64,000 nt of DNA from Vicugna vicugna (Eukaryota), in contig MU058669.1 in NCBI GenBank assembly GCA_013265495.1, positions 790,234 through 854,233 of the forward strand. The letters are read 5' to 3'. How positions within the stretch are numbered: the stretch's first letter is position 1; each line of letters opens with the position of its first letter. Of the stretch, positions 42,340 to 56,440 are shown one piece after another. The notes under the pieces were generated by a model that was not told the DNA's origin, ran no database searches, and saw nothing but the letters and a program-made list of their open reading frames with translations. The position numbers were made by a program, and so were the translations under genes.

Positions 42340-42367
42340 TTCTAGAAACTTCTAGAGACTTCTAGGA
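42340..42367. promoter_or_regulatory. Candidate heat-shock element (HSF binding) in intron 7
   Basis: TTCtaGAAacTTCtaGAGacTTCtaGGA: alternating nGAAn units at 5-bp spacing, three consecutive perfect units. Motif only; no functional data. Confidence 0.35.
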
Positions 42368-43028
42368 GCTCAAAGAGTAATAAAGCTGGGGGCAATCCCC
42401 CAGAATCTTCTAAACCACGAACGATAAACAGATGGCCCATGTGGACCTCTGTCTCATCCTGCTTCCACTGCAGACATAATCACCAACTGAGTATTTATAC
42501 TCCTCCTGTTGAATCTGGATTCAGCCCCAGAATCCTTTGCATAGCCGATTGATTGGGGTGGGGCCTGACCATTTTCTATCCCTGTTCTTTACCTGTTCTT
42601 AAGTGCAAACAAAATTGATGATTGCAATGCTGAGAAACAAGAAAATAAAGTCAGAGGTACTTAGAAACATTTTCAGGGTCCTGTCATAAAGTGTGTGCAG
42701 AGGACAAAGGTAATGAAGAAACTCAGAAAATCAGGGCAAGAGGGAGAATCCCTGAGAGACTGCTAAAATGATTCATTTTCATCTTTGTGTCTCTCAAGTC
42801 CCCTTTTTAAATACAGAATCACTGGCTTCCTCTTTTTAGCATAATCTCTAGGCAGAAAATAGAGCTTTTGTGCTATTAGGAGTAACTATTCCATACTATT
42901 GGGTTTTTGTTTGTTTGTTCGTTTGTTTTTGATTTTCAAACTTCTACATGAACTTCCATGGATGCCAAGAGCCACAAACACAATGTGGTGGCGATCCAAA
43001 CTTCAGGCATGCTCTACATTTTCTTTTA

Positions 43029-43529
<501 letters not shown>

Positions 43530-44732
43530 TCAGCTGTGACTTTCAGAGAGAATTCTAGAATTTTGTGTTCAATCTTGCCATTTTATAATGTTGGTTCAAC
43601 TGGAAAAGGAATGCATAGATTAAATACAACACAGCTGTATCTGTCTGATACAGTCCATGGAGAACCAATTGATTTTCTCTGTGTTAACAGTCATCATTTG
43701 GGTACCAAGAGGCACTGTTTACTCTATCCCTGGTGACAGTAAAAGGAAAAACAATAATCCAAGAAGGGTAAACCCTTAATGATTTCCACTTGTGGCTCAC
43801 TTGAGTGACGGGTTTATATTCCGCAAACTTTCCCCTTGTGCTTCTTCATGATGACCCTCAGTTTTCCTCCCCACTCACCTAAAGTGGGGCTCTAATGTTG
43901 ATGAAACAAGAGCAGGATAACAACCTAGAACAGCATTTGCTGGCTTTGGAACTCATGTCCGTCTTATTCATGAATTTGTCCCCAATGCCTTGCTTAATCG
44001 CTGGCACACTCTAAGCTCACAGTAGAGAACTGTAGAATTAAGATATATTTTTCCAATTTTTGACTTTGATTCTCTTGCTTTTAAAAAGTATGTATATTAG
44101 ATTTGTTTACTTTTATAACCTGCTCTAATCTTTTGGAAACTGGGTGGGATAGTCACACATTAATGAATTAACTGCTATGTGGTTTGCTCATTGCTTTAAA
44201 ACACACTTGTGGTTTCGTTTGCTTAAGCGCATGTTGAAGCAAATCTTTATTTCTGAATGGCTAAATCAGTTGGAGCAAAAGTGGGATAAGCACCTCAGTT
44301 AAGTGGCCTGCCATTTACAAAAAGAAACTGATGGAGTGGCAAGAGAAAGTTACCCAGCGTTCAGTTTGTCCCAGATAAACAAATTTAGCCTCAGAGTCCT
44401 TCTCAACACAGCATTGCACACAGCCACTGCCAAGCTATTGGATTTGACCTGGGAAAGAAAATTTATCCACTATCCTTATTCTAAACTGTTATCACATAGC
44501 AAACAGATTTTGTCTGCAGGATTCAAAGCTGAATTGCTGGAGAGTGAAAGGCTGGTAGCCTGCATGATAATTGGGGGTTGACTCTGACGCAGTGAGGTGC
44601 TGAATGGTGCTTACTTAGATTTCCTGAATTTTCAGTCAGATACATGGCCAACCAGAATAAGGGCCAGCTTACTGCATTAATATAGGAGGCAGTCCATGAA
44701 GAAATAAATGCTAAATAGCATCTCCCTGGAAT

Positions 44733-45172
44733 TGTGCGACATGGTGGTCCTGCCCAGAATAGAGATACCATTTTTCACCTTCCCCTGTAGCTAGCTGGGG
44801 TAAGTGTCTAAGATGCAGCCAGTGGCATGTGCGTACGAGATCTGCGTGTGATTCCTGGAAAGAGTTTTAAAGGAAGCAGTTTTGCCTTTTATTTTCCTTT
44901 TTCCCTTTCTACTGGGTAGCATATCGAGGTGATTGCTGGAGCTTTTACAACCGTTTAGGGCTATACGGTAGCAGCCCTATGCTGAGGATAGCAGAACAAG
45001 AAGACAGAAGATGCTCAGTGTTTGATGATTGTGGAACCATTATACAAGCCCTGGATTGCTGATTTCTGAATTTTGTTTATATGAAAGAAAAACAAAATGT
45101 CTGTCTTATTGAAATTGTCATCATTCTGGATTGCCTGCCCTTGGCAGGTACCCTCAAACTTTATGGACATAT
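44733..45172 (+). mobile_element. MaLR LTR (MLT1J-like), about 120 bp from the exon 6 donor
   Basis: tgctgaggatagcagaacaagaagacagaag, agccctggattgct, tatgaaagaaaaacaaa. Confidence 0.7.
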
Positions 45173-45220
45173 TTTCCTTAGCTTGTTTGTCTTAGAATGC
45201 ACATCCCTTTCTAAAGGCTA

Positions 45221-45541
<321 letters not shown>

Positions 45542-46399
45542 CTATTCCGACTTATGGTAGAACTGACTTAATGGAGAGACAGTTGTGCCTCCCTCCCTTC
45601 TGAACTCTGTTAGCACTTCGTTTGTGCAGTAAGTGAGCACAGTGGTTTAGAGCGTTTGCTCAGGGCCCAGCCGTGCCTGGGTTGAAGTGCTGGCTCTGCT
45701 ACTCACAGCTGTTGGACCAGGTTCCCTGATGGTTTCTTGTCAGAATAACAGAGGTTAACGGAGGCTGGGGAGAAAAGCAGTGAGATGATGGACATCAAGT
45801 GTGTGGTGCAGACCAAGTGATCAGCGTACATGTGGGGTGATTATGACCACACAGATTTGCAACAGAATAAAAAACACAAGGAAGGCATTGTCTCCTCTAC
45901 CACCACCGCTCCCCTTCCTTCAGAGAGGAGAGGAGTCTGAAGTCTATCTGGGGGAGTGCCTACGGGCTCCCCAAGGTAACCAGCGAGTCTGTGAAAAAGG
46001 CTGGCATCTGATCATCCCTCACCCCGTTCTCTTCCCTGTGCCACAGACGAGGTTTTCTCTACCCAGTGAGGCTTGATCAATTCTGATATCCACAAAGGAT
46101 ATTTTATTGGGAATGAAAATCCTCCCCATTTGGTGAAGTTTATTCAAACTCAGGAAGTCTTCCACTTAAAAAGAAATCCTTGTATTTGTATAATATATTC
46201 TGTAGAATACAGTACTTTGAAACTCATGACCTCATTTGGCTTTATGCCTTTTATAAGATAGAAATTACATGTCTTTTTGCCAGATAAAGAAACAGACAGT
46301 GGGAGAATCTACTTCACAAAGTCATTCAATGATTTAGTGGCAGAAAGGGGATCTGAACTAAGGTCTTGTGAAGGTCTTCGCTCACTTACTCACCTGTTA

Positions 46400-47120
46400 C
46401 TCAGCAAACATTTCTGAGAACCTTCAGTGGACTATTCTTATAGTAAAACAAGTTCCTTCTCTTACAAAGCTTACTTTCTAGTGGGGAAGATAGACCATAA
46501 GCAAAGAATTAGGTATAAAATAAGCTACAAGGATATATTGTACAATGCAGGGAGTATAGAAAACATTCTACAGTAACTGTAAGTGGAGTATAACCTTTAA
46601 AATTAGGAATTACTATATTGCACACCTGTAACACATAATATTGTACATCAACTATACTTCAATAAAAAGTAAATACTTAGCAAGTGTGTAGAGCATAGCT
46701 CAGTACAGCACGCTGTGCAGTAGCTACCAGTCCTGTGAAGGAAGGTAAAGTGGGGAAAGAGGGTGGGGAGAGGAGGTGGGTGCTGTGCCCTGGAAGGCAT
46801 GACCCAGGTGTGCCTCCCTGAGGAGGTGGTGCTGGCACAGGGACCTGAGCGCCGAGAAGCCGCGTGAGTCAGTCTGGGGAAATCTGGGGAAGAGCATTCT
46901 GAGCAGAGGCCCGGAGGTGGGAGGACGCTTAGCATGTTCCAGAAACAGCAAGAAGGCCAGTGTGACTGTAGCACCCTGAGGGAGGGAGACAGGGTGGGAA
47001 ATGCAGTCAGCGGCAGCCCAAAGCTGGATCACATAAAGCCTTGTGACAACCTGGGGTTCTTTTTAGGTGGAGTCGGGGGGCCTGCTGCAGGAATTTGAGG
47101 AGGGATCATAAAGGCATTGC
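46400..47120 (-). mobile_element. LINE-2 fragment interrupted by a short L1 3' end
   Basis: cagcaaacatttctgag, ggggaagagcattctgagcagagg, agcaagaaggccagtgtgactg. Confidence 0.65.
46520..46672 (+). mobile_element. Short 5'-truncated LINE-1 3' end
   Basis: taagctacaaggatatattgtacaa...aatattgtacatcaactatacttcaataaaaa. Confidence 0.8.
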
Positions 47121-47679
47121 GCTTTCAGCTCCATGGCTTCGGGGAAACTGCCAAATCCCAAAGAAGGAAATGGAGGAATGAGCAGGGGTGGGAGTTTGAT
47201 GGACTGAGGGTGGGGAGAGCCATGGACTGGCAGACGAGAGCCCCGAGTGCTAGTCTCAGCTTGCCTGGGGCTCCTGTGAGACTGTCCACGTCTTTTAATT
47301 TCTCACTGTCTTGATCTGGTTTCCTTATCTAAAAGATATAGTCATCTACCACTTCAGGACTGAAAGACACTCCCCCTATGCCTCTAAAGTTCTGCGACTC
47401 CTTTCTATTTCTATTTTATAAACAAACTGAGCTCAGTTCCCTTCAGAGCCTATGCCCAGCTGGTCTCTCTGCCTGGAGGTGTGCTCTCCCTGGCCAGCTC
47501 CTTTCCACTTTTTGGATCTCAGCTGAAATGCAGTCTCATCAGAGAGGTCTGTCCTGACCCAATTCTCAGTCTGGCCCCATGGTAGACGCTGTTGGTGTCC
47601 TGCTCATTTCCACTCCCCTTTAGACACTGATAATCCACTTTATTACTAGCAAATACCTATCACTTCATCCACGTGCAGG

Positions 47680-48015
47680 GTAAGGCAGATGCGCCAGGGG
47701 GTTCATACATCCAGAGCAGCTCTCAACCAATGACAATGGGTAGTTAGTGGATAAATACTCCAGAATCCTCTCCCCCAGGAGGGATAACCTTGAGGTATGT
47801 TCTACACCCAAGTCTAGGGCTCCCCTAATGAATGATGTTCTGTATCCCCCAGTGGTGTCTTGATTATGCATCTTTGTCAGCTGCCTGTTGTCCCTTCCCT
47901 ACCTAACATCCCTGATTCCCTGCTGTTGTTTCTAGAATTAGCATCCAAAGAAGCTACTTGTACTTGAATCGTTCTGTTAAGACCTGCTTCTAGTAGAACC
48001 CAGTCACCCCCAACA
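47680..48015 (+). mobile_element. ERVL solo LTR (LTR16-like)
   Basis: ctctcaaccaatgac...tggataaatactccag...gggataacctt; 3' ctacttgtacttgaatc...ctgcttctagtagaaccca. Confidence 0.65.
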
Positions 48016-51000
48016 CCAAGTCCAGTCAGTTCCTTGTCAGCACTCTGTTTATCACCATTTGAGATGATCTTGTTTACTCATTTGTTCCCTTGTCCTTTCT
48101 CTTTGCATTGGAATGTCAGCTCCATGAAGGAGGGAACTTTGTTTTGTTCACTGATGTGTCCTAGGACCCAGTACCTAGAACACTACCTGGCACAGAGTAG
48201 GTGCTCAGTACATACTTGTTGAGCGAATGAATAAAAGCTGAAGACTTTGCTCAAGCAAGAATGCTAATTAGCCAGAGAGAATATGCTTGGCAGGCAGTAG
48301 ATGCCAGTGTATGATTTTAATTGGTTGAAAAGAGAAGGTTGTGTTGGAAATATATTTTGCGATTAACTTTTCCCATAGCTACAGTTTACAGACTTTGACA
48401 GAGGTCTACTGATTTGCACAAAGGTTCTAGAAAGCTGTTAGTATTGATGAAGTCAGTTAGGTTCTTGTACCCAGTGTGCACTCCAAGACGTTCTGCTGCT
48501 TAAAAGCACAACCATCCCACCACTGGTTAACCGCTAATGCACAGCTGAGATATCTCACATAATTTTTAGAGATTTTAGCAAGAACATCTTGTTCATAAAA
48601 TAACTATTGAGAGAGTAAAATGAAAGTGATCTCCTGCAGTCAGATTCTGTCGCTTGAAAATCTGTAACAAGCTCCCGGGCATTTTGTAGTAACTGCCCCC
48701 ATCAGTGTAATGGGGGCCAAAGGAAATGGCAGCGTTTATTCAAACATAAATGCCACTCAACTCCATCAGCAGAATGTCTGACTACAGGGTTACTGGAGCC
48801 AAACCTCAGTTACATCTAATCAAACTGATGGGGCCTCCAACTGAACTCCTCAGCTCCCCTGAGAAGGGAGGCACAAAAAATGATAAAAAACAAGCTCTTA
48901 TCTGTGCTGTTAGATAAAAGATGCAAAATAAGGGAATAACTTGGGATCAGTGTGCATTCATCTAATAGAGGACATCTTCCCCTCCCCTCCATGTAAGACT
49001 CATGCTGGAACGGTAATCTTGAATCTCCACAATGTGTTTACTCGCTAAGAAAAAAGTCTCCTAGAGTTACTAGACTTGATTTCTCCATAATGCAAGAAAA
49101 TGGACTTTTCCAACAGAGAAGAGTGCTCTTGACTAAGAAAGAGGAAATAAAGGTGTTAACTATTTGCCTACCAGTTAGCTAGGAAATTCAACTCACCCAC
49201 TCTATTCCCCTGAGCACATTAATTAAACAAAGTTTAATTAAATCATTCTCTAATTTTCTTTGCTATTTTATTAAAAAAACTTGGGGGGTAATATTTGGTG
49301 ATTAGTACATTTGTCTCTATCTGCTTTATCTGTGCTATTAATTACAGAACATTGTACAAGTATGCAACATTGCTAATTATATTCTATAAAAGGTTTAAAC
49401 TATGAAATTTGATCTTCACCATTCTCTTTGAGTCATTTTGGCTGTTTTATGACATGCCTCCAAATACTGAGTCCCTTGCTTGGTACACTATGAGTAAAGA
49501 AAAAAAATAAAATGAATCCACAAGATGCTTCTATTCAGCATGAGAACTCAGGTCTCCTAAACCTGAATGCCTCCCACTGTCCCTCCAGCTCTGTACCAGA
49601 TGCTGCTCTTCACAAAGTGACTCTGTTTCTCATCTAAAATGGGACTTGGTGATGAGTGAGCTCTTGGAGCTGTTAGGTCAAGTTGCTGTGTTCCTGTCTG
49701 CTTCTTCAGCACCTCTATGGCATTTCACACCATCCCATGTGCTCTGATGAATAGGTGATGGGAGGAAATGCTCTGCCCACCATTTTCATTCAGGTGCACA
49801 TGAGCTGGCTGGTATACTTCAGTCTCCTAGGATGGAAGGTCCTTCACCTGAGGGACCTGTCAGAACACCTTAGGGAGTTTTTGCATAATAGCCCTCCCTA
49901 ATGATTGTCATTCAGTAGCCCTGGAGAGAAAACCAGATGTCTCTATTTTTACAAAGCTCAAATGCTTGTCAATCGAAAAGGTTTGATATATTATAAAGAT
50001 ACTCATTAGAATTCCAGGTAATAGCGTAACTAACAAACACCGAGGCCAGGATGTGGGAAATTGTATGAAGCAGGTCATCATGTTTTGAACTGGGGAGCTA
50101 CACATGGGATTAAAGTTGATAAATCAAGAAAAAGGGACATAGACATATTATGTAGATGTGTCGAGGAAACCGCTAGAATCACCAAACACAGAAAAGGTTT
50201 AAAATAGTTATTTCTAAGAAATATGAGATTGGAGACAGCAGGCATTTGCCTTTTGTTTTATACCCTTCCATAATAATTTTTTTCTTTTTTTAAACTATGT
50301 GAGTATTTTTTCTTTTTAGTACTATTAAAAAATAAAAATAGATCATCAGATAATCCTAATGAAATTCCTTGGTTCGGAATCATCTGTTAGTCCCTAGAAA
50401 GTTGGGGAGGGAGTGGCAGTGGTGGAACAGGACAAGTCATTGCATTCATTGCATTTTTTTTACGGTGTGTTAAGGGAGCCCTGCTTAATTTGTTGTCTCT
50501 TGGTCTGGAATTAAAGAACATTGGTGCTATTAAATGCTCTACTGAAACACAGCTTCAGAAGCATTGCTCATAAGAATAACAGAAATGACAGTGATGGCAA
50601 AACTGTCACTTCTTATGCGTTATATAACTTCATCTATACAGCCTTTTGAGAGTTAGGAAGTTGTTGTCATTTAAAATTGAAAAGTGAAATAATCGGTCGA
50701 CTGTCACCCTTAGATTTGTTAAACATTTCCCAAGCTCTTATCCTGAACCAGGCATTCTACTAAATGCTTTATATACATAATCCTATTTAATCCCCCCGCC
50801 CCCCACCCTGAGAGGTGCACGTGCGCAGTAGGCATTGGGTGCTCATTTGCATAAATGAGTGCTCATCCATCCTAATGTTACGTGTGAGCAACTATAGTTC
50901 AGAGACCTTTGGAAACTCCCCCGAGATCACCCAGCAGGCGTGGATTCAAACTGTGGTCCAGCCATCACATCTGTCTTCTTCCTCTGTGCATCACACTGCT

Positions 51001-51272
51001 TTGTCAGTGGAGAAGCCTATGAGCGTAGCTTCGGGATGGCATCAGACAAAGAGGGACAAAGCAGCTCCGACAGAGTGGCTACAGATACTAGCCTAGAACA
51101 AACGGCTCACTGCCAAAGAGGGGCCTTCCCATACAGCTTTCTGTGCTAAAGGAACATCTGTGGAAGAGTACACGAGGTTTCTCCTCTTGACACCAACCTA
51201 CCTAAGGCTGATCAGATGTTTCTCAAGCTTCTGACTTATGTCTGTTAGTGCCCACCTACCCCACATTTATAC

Positions 51273-51610
51273 CAGGAGTCAGCAATTTTTTTAAGGGTTA
51301 GATTGTGACTGTTTTAGGCTTTGTGGGCCATGAGGTTTCTGTTGTAACTATTCATTGCTGCCATTACAGTATGAAAGCAGCCAGAGACAATAGGAAAGGA
51401 ACGAGCATGGTTGCGTTCCCCCCAAAATTTATTCATGGACACTGAATCTTAGATTCCATGTAATTTTCACACTTCATGAAATACCAATTTTCTTTTCATT
51501 TTTTGGAATAATTTTAAAATGTAAAAACCGCTCTTTGCTCATGAGCCAAACAAAGTCAGGTGGCAGTTGGATTTAACCCACGGGCCATAGTTGACATTTA
51601 CTGATGCCTG
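51273..51610 (+). mobile_element. MER58B-like hAT-Charlie MITE (second copy)
   Basis: caggagtcagcaa..., ttttaggctttgtgggcca, atggacactgaa, tttaaaatgtaaaaacc; same orientation as 31580-31911. Confidence 0.8.
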
Positions 51611-52689
51611 ACGCAAAGATGCTGGAAATCAGATCAAACCCTTCATTGTCCAGAGGAGGGAGGCATGGCCTCAAGTTGTGTTGCTGGTTGCAGATTTAGC
51701 CAGGATTAGGATCTGTACTCATTGTAGGAAGTAATGCCATGCTGACCAGTCGTTGGAATAGCATGACTGGGAGAAAAAGTGCTCAGTTAAGTAAACTGGT
51801 TAATATAGTCATTCCTTCTGTCATAAGTCTATTACGATTTCCCCAGGATTAGAATGAAAAGGCGTTTCAGGTAATTATGATATCCTAAAGAGATGTTTAA
51901 TACCATAACTACATTAGACATGCTTTCATGTTGCAGTAAAGATTTAGAAAATGCTTTAAGGATCATGAGGAGGCTCTGGGCTATCATTATGACTATTAAT
52001 TATCATTGTGCCTGGAAACAAAAGAGCTTGATTACATGTTAACTCCTGGTTATTTAACCTCTCTGAGGCTTAGGTCTCTGGTCTTCAAGATGCAGATAAA
52101 ACAGTACCTACAGCACAGAAGTCATGTAAGATTTAGAAGAATACATCCAAGCACACAGAGTAAGTACTTAATGAATGTTAGCTGTTATTGTCCTCACATT
52201 CACCATCATCATTATCACTGGGTCAGAAGAGGGTGATGTCGTGAGCACTGCTTCAATATCAGGCACTGGGTCAGGCAAGACACCTGAGTGAACAGGAGGC
52301 AGGTGCACAGAAACACAGCTTTTAAAGGATGAAAAGCTTTATCTTCAAAGCCAGATTTCATTTCTCTCCGGGATCCTTTCAAGGGGTCACATACAAGCTG
52401 TTCAGCCCTTATCATCCTGTTTATGCAAACACTATGCCCATTAGAAGGAAGAAGGAACAGCCAGCATTGTTAAGGGAAAGGAGTGAGGGTGAAGTTTTAT
52501 AAAACAAGCCCTGGAATGTGGGAAAGAGCACTCCTTCGGTATCGTCTCCTTGAGGTCTAGGAGAGTTAAGGTTAGAACAGATTGAAGAACGTGCACTTTA
52601 TACTCTGAGTGGTGCAAGTTGAACATGCCAAGTTTCCCCAAATTGTCAGATAAAGTCTTAGATGACAGCTCCACAGGGAGGACAGTTAC

Positions 52690-52910
52690 AGGGAAGTACG
52701 GATTGAAAAGTCTTGTTACATTAGAAATGCTTGAAAAAAGTGGGGACTATCAACCTGAAAAATAATGGAAGACTAAGTGGGGACGTGAAGGATGTATTCG
52801 AATCCCAGAAGGGCTGTCTTCAGGTAGAGGTGGAAGATTTGTTCTCTGTGGTTCTAGATGGTAGGCCAGAACCAACAAGTGGACAGAAGTCAGGGGAGGC
52901 AGGCTTTGAC
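52690..52910 (+). mobile_element. L3/CR1 LINE ORF2 C-terminal fossil
   Basis: ORF 52731 peptide (VGTINLKNNGRLSGDVKDVFESQKGC...DLFSVVLDGR) resembles the CR1 ORF2 motif LGLFSLEKRRLRGD..VFKYLKG...LF. Confidence 0.65.
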
Positions 52911-55900
52911 TCAAATGATAATGACTGCAGCAGCCACAGTGCCTCGGGTGTATCAGAGCTGTTCTATATGGCACGCACTGGGCTGAGACCTTTGTCTGAT
53001 CTCACTTAATCCTCATCACTATCCTGTGAAGCAGGTAGTTTTCTATTTCCAAATTGCAAATGGGAAAACTGAGTCTTAAATGGATGGAATAACTTTTAGT
53101 CGGCGTATCACAGCTAGTGAGGGGCAGAGACCATAGTCGTCGCCAGTGACAAGACTCTGGGCTTGTCTGCTAACCACTGTGCCTTCTGCCTCCTCACCAC
53201 TGGTCCCATCAAGCTGATTTACTTATCTCCTGTCTTGCAATGAAGCCCTTGGGATGCTGTGCATCTTAATACAAAGAAGGGATTAGTGGGTTTCTAGGAG
53301 ACCAGGGCATTCGTCTTTAGCTCCTTTAATGTGTGCTTGTACTTGGAATGTGAAACACAAAGCTCTTTCTTTCTCTCTCTCACAAACTTCTCCTGGCTTC
53401 CTCTCAGACTGCAGTCTTGCCACCCATCTGCCCTAGACCTAGAAAACCCTGGGATCCTGTAGGGCAGGAGCCTCGGTCCCCCTGGTATCTGCCGCATGGT
53501 ACGTGGAACAGGCTGATGGCTTAATTCATGCCAGGGAATGAAGGGATGGACAACAAATGTCTCTGCTCACCATTTTCATGGTTTTCTTATAAGCTTCCAT
53601 CCTGTCACCTCTCAGCCTCTCGGCATTCTCTCAGCATGTGGACCTGAGAGGTCTTGTTATTGATTTGTTTGTGTAGTATATTCTGAACTGGATGCTAGGT
53701 GAGAAGTGTCAGGGAAAGAGTTTTAAGGATTACCGCATAGTTCTGCCCTGTCTTTGAACGTCATCACCTGTATATCCTTGTGCAATGGTCTCACCCTCTC
53801 TGGGCCCTAGAATATTGATCTGCAAAGTGGGGACACTGGCTCAGTCTTTCAAATTGTTGCCCCAGGTTGTAGGTGTTTCAGAGGCTACCATGCTGAATTA
53901 GAGGGAAGGCAGAAGGATGAGGTCCTACATCCGCACCCTCCCTCGTTCAACAAAGCAGCTCTGCTTTTTATCTGTTTTACTTACTGGGGTTCTCCTCCAG
54001 ATTCCATTTGAAAATAGAGCTTTAAACTAAAAAGTCTGGAAACTTCTGAGCCGGTTGATTTCTTTCTTAAGGGCTTTTCCAGCTTTGATCTACAATTCTG
54101 TGATCACACAGGTGTGTGCACATGAATATGGATATACATGAGTTCATGGAATATTCCCAGGCTGAGGACTTAGTTGTGTCCTCAAATAACCATGTCTCTG
54201 CATAAGGTCTTCAGATTTTCCTGTTTTAGCCACTTTAACCAACCGAAATTTGAATGTGTCCTCACCTGATATAATCCCCCTAACATGGGCTTATCTGGTT
54301 CCCGCCCAGTCAATAAAACATTGTAGCTGAGCTTAAACCAGCACAAACACCATTTGCATGGGGAAAAAAGCACTAGTGTTAACTCCAATTTAAGTATATT
54401 TGAAGCCAGGGACGCAGGCACCTGTACACTTGGGTATCTGCAAACACTGAAACAGATATATACTGCAAATAGGTGTCCACTGTTGACAGATCACTGTAAA
54501 ATGCCATTAGGGTCTCACAAACTAAGTTTTCCCAGTCCAGGGGCTTAGGATAAAATGCTGGCACTTTGTGGCAGAAGGTTAGGGGCCCCCAGACTGGGCT
54601 GTCAGTGATGAGCGAAGAAGTGTGTTATCTGGCCTGGGACTGGTTGGTCTTCCAGAGCCTCTCTTCATCTTAGCTGTCATTGGCTGCACTCAGGGTTGAC
54701 AACTGGCTGGGGCCACTTCGGAGCAAGAGCTGAAGGTCAGTTCAAAGTTCAGCCTAATGTGGGGTGAGCTGTCAGGGCTGGAGTTCCCGGCAGACTTGAA
54801 ACCAACAATATCTTCCTTTCACATGATCAAAACCTTCCTGTCCAGGGCGGGTCAGGCTATACAGCAAGTCCACTTTTTGATGAAATGCCATCCTTAAACA
54901 TTCTCAGGGGACCACGTAGAGTAAGCACCCAATGAATGCTTGGTGAAAAATGAATGAAAGTCCAAACATTTGATATATATGAAACCTACTAGGAATGAGG
55001 GAAGGAATATTCTAGTTATTTATCCTTTCATTTGTTCGTTCATTCAATCATTCATTCATTCATCTGTGAGTATCTAATATTGCCAAGCACATTCTACCCA
55101 AAGGGATGCAGCAGAGAATAAGATAGACTTGGTCCTTGTTTTCAAGTGACTTAAGGTTTCATGAGAAAGGCTGATATTACCCATGTGATTACAGAGCAAA
55201 TGAAGTAGAGCAAAACCTGACCCTGGAACTCAGGGGAGGCTTCCTAGTGGAAACAATGAAGCCTAAAAGAAGAGGAGGCTTTGGTTGGGTGAAGAGTGCA
55301 GGGCAGAACCCTCGAATCAGAAAGCACACATGCTTCTAGGCTCAGAGTCGGAGTGACAGAAGGTGGTGAATCAGAGGAAATGCATGTGTACATCAGCTTG
55401 GATTTACATCTCAGCTCTGCCACCGCCTAGGGTGTGAGTGCAGGCAAGCTACTCAACCATTCTGTCCCTCGGCATCCTTCACTGCAGAATAAGAATCATT
55501 GCAGTGTCTATCTCTTGAGGCTGTTGTGAGGATTAACTACATGAATATATGTCAAATTCTTATAACAGTGCCTGGCACATAGTAAGTAATCACCTAGCAT
55601 ACTCCAGAGTCTCTTAGTTTGCTTTTCTGTCTTAAAAAGAGGGACAAGTAAGGAAGTGAGGACTGAACCCTTCTAGTTCAGCTCCAGCTCCACTGGACTC
55701 TTCAAAGGCACACTCTTCACAGGAGCTCTGGCCGCACAGATGCACCATCATGATCTTTCTGGGAACTTGCAGCCTCCCGAGGCCTCTTGAGCCTCAGACC
55801 ACCATGCTCTGGCAGTTTGAGTGGCCGTTTATGGGACTTGTGTTACCATCACACGCTGTGATCTTTCCCTGGCATTCTTTTAAAACTTTATTTCCATGTT

Positions 55901-56264
55901 CCAATCTACCTTGAAGACAAAGCCAAGTTGCTCCCAGGGCAAAAGTCAAGCTGCGTTCTTCTTTGTGCTTCTGGTATGAGCCCAGTGCAGTGGCAGGCAC
56001 GCGGGTATGCTTGGTCCACACTTAATGTTCATTCGGTTGGCTGTTAGAACCATCCTGTGAGAAGGTGCTGAGGGAACCAGGAGGCGTCCAAGCTGGAGGA
56101 GCCAAATGCCAAGGGCAAGCAGGGTAGTCAGTTCTGCACACACAAAGGCTGCTTTGTGGAGGGAGGGCAGCAGACTTGCTCTGCAAGGTTCCCAAGAGGG
56201 CAGGTGGAGCCAGCAGTGAGGAAAGGGTAACACAGGGCAGGCTGGGCCCCATTCAAGGAAGATG

Positions 56265-56440
56265 GTGGAACCTGTCAGAGCCCTTTGAGAAGAGAAAGGG
56301 CTGCCTCAGAGGAACAAGTTCCCCATCACTGGGTATTGTTTGAGCAGGAACCAGATGGATGGGCTTCTGCTAGCAATGTTGTAGAGGAGATCTGGCCCTT
56401 TATGGGAAGTAGGTTAGATGCCCTCTGAGGCCCATCTCTG
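56265..56440 (+). mobile_element. L3/CR1 3' end fragment
   Basis: gggctgcct...agttccccatcactgg...atgttgtagaggaga...tagatgccctctgagg. Confidence 0.55.
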
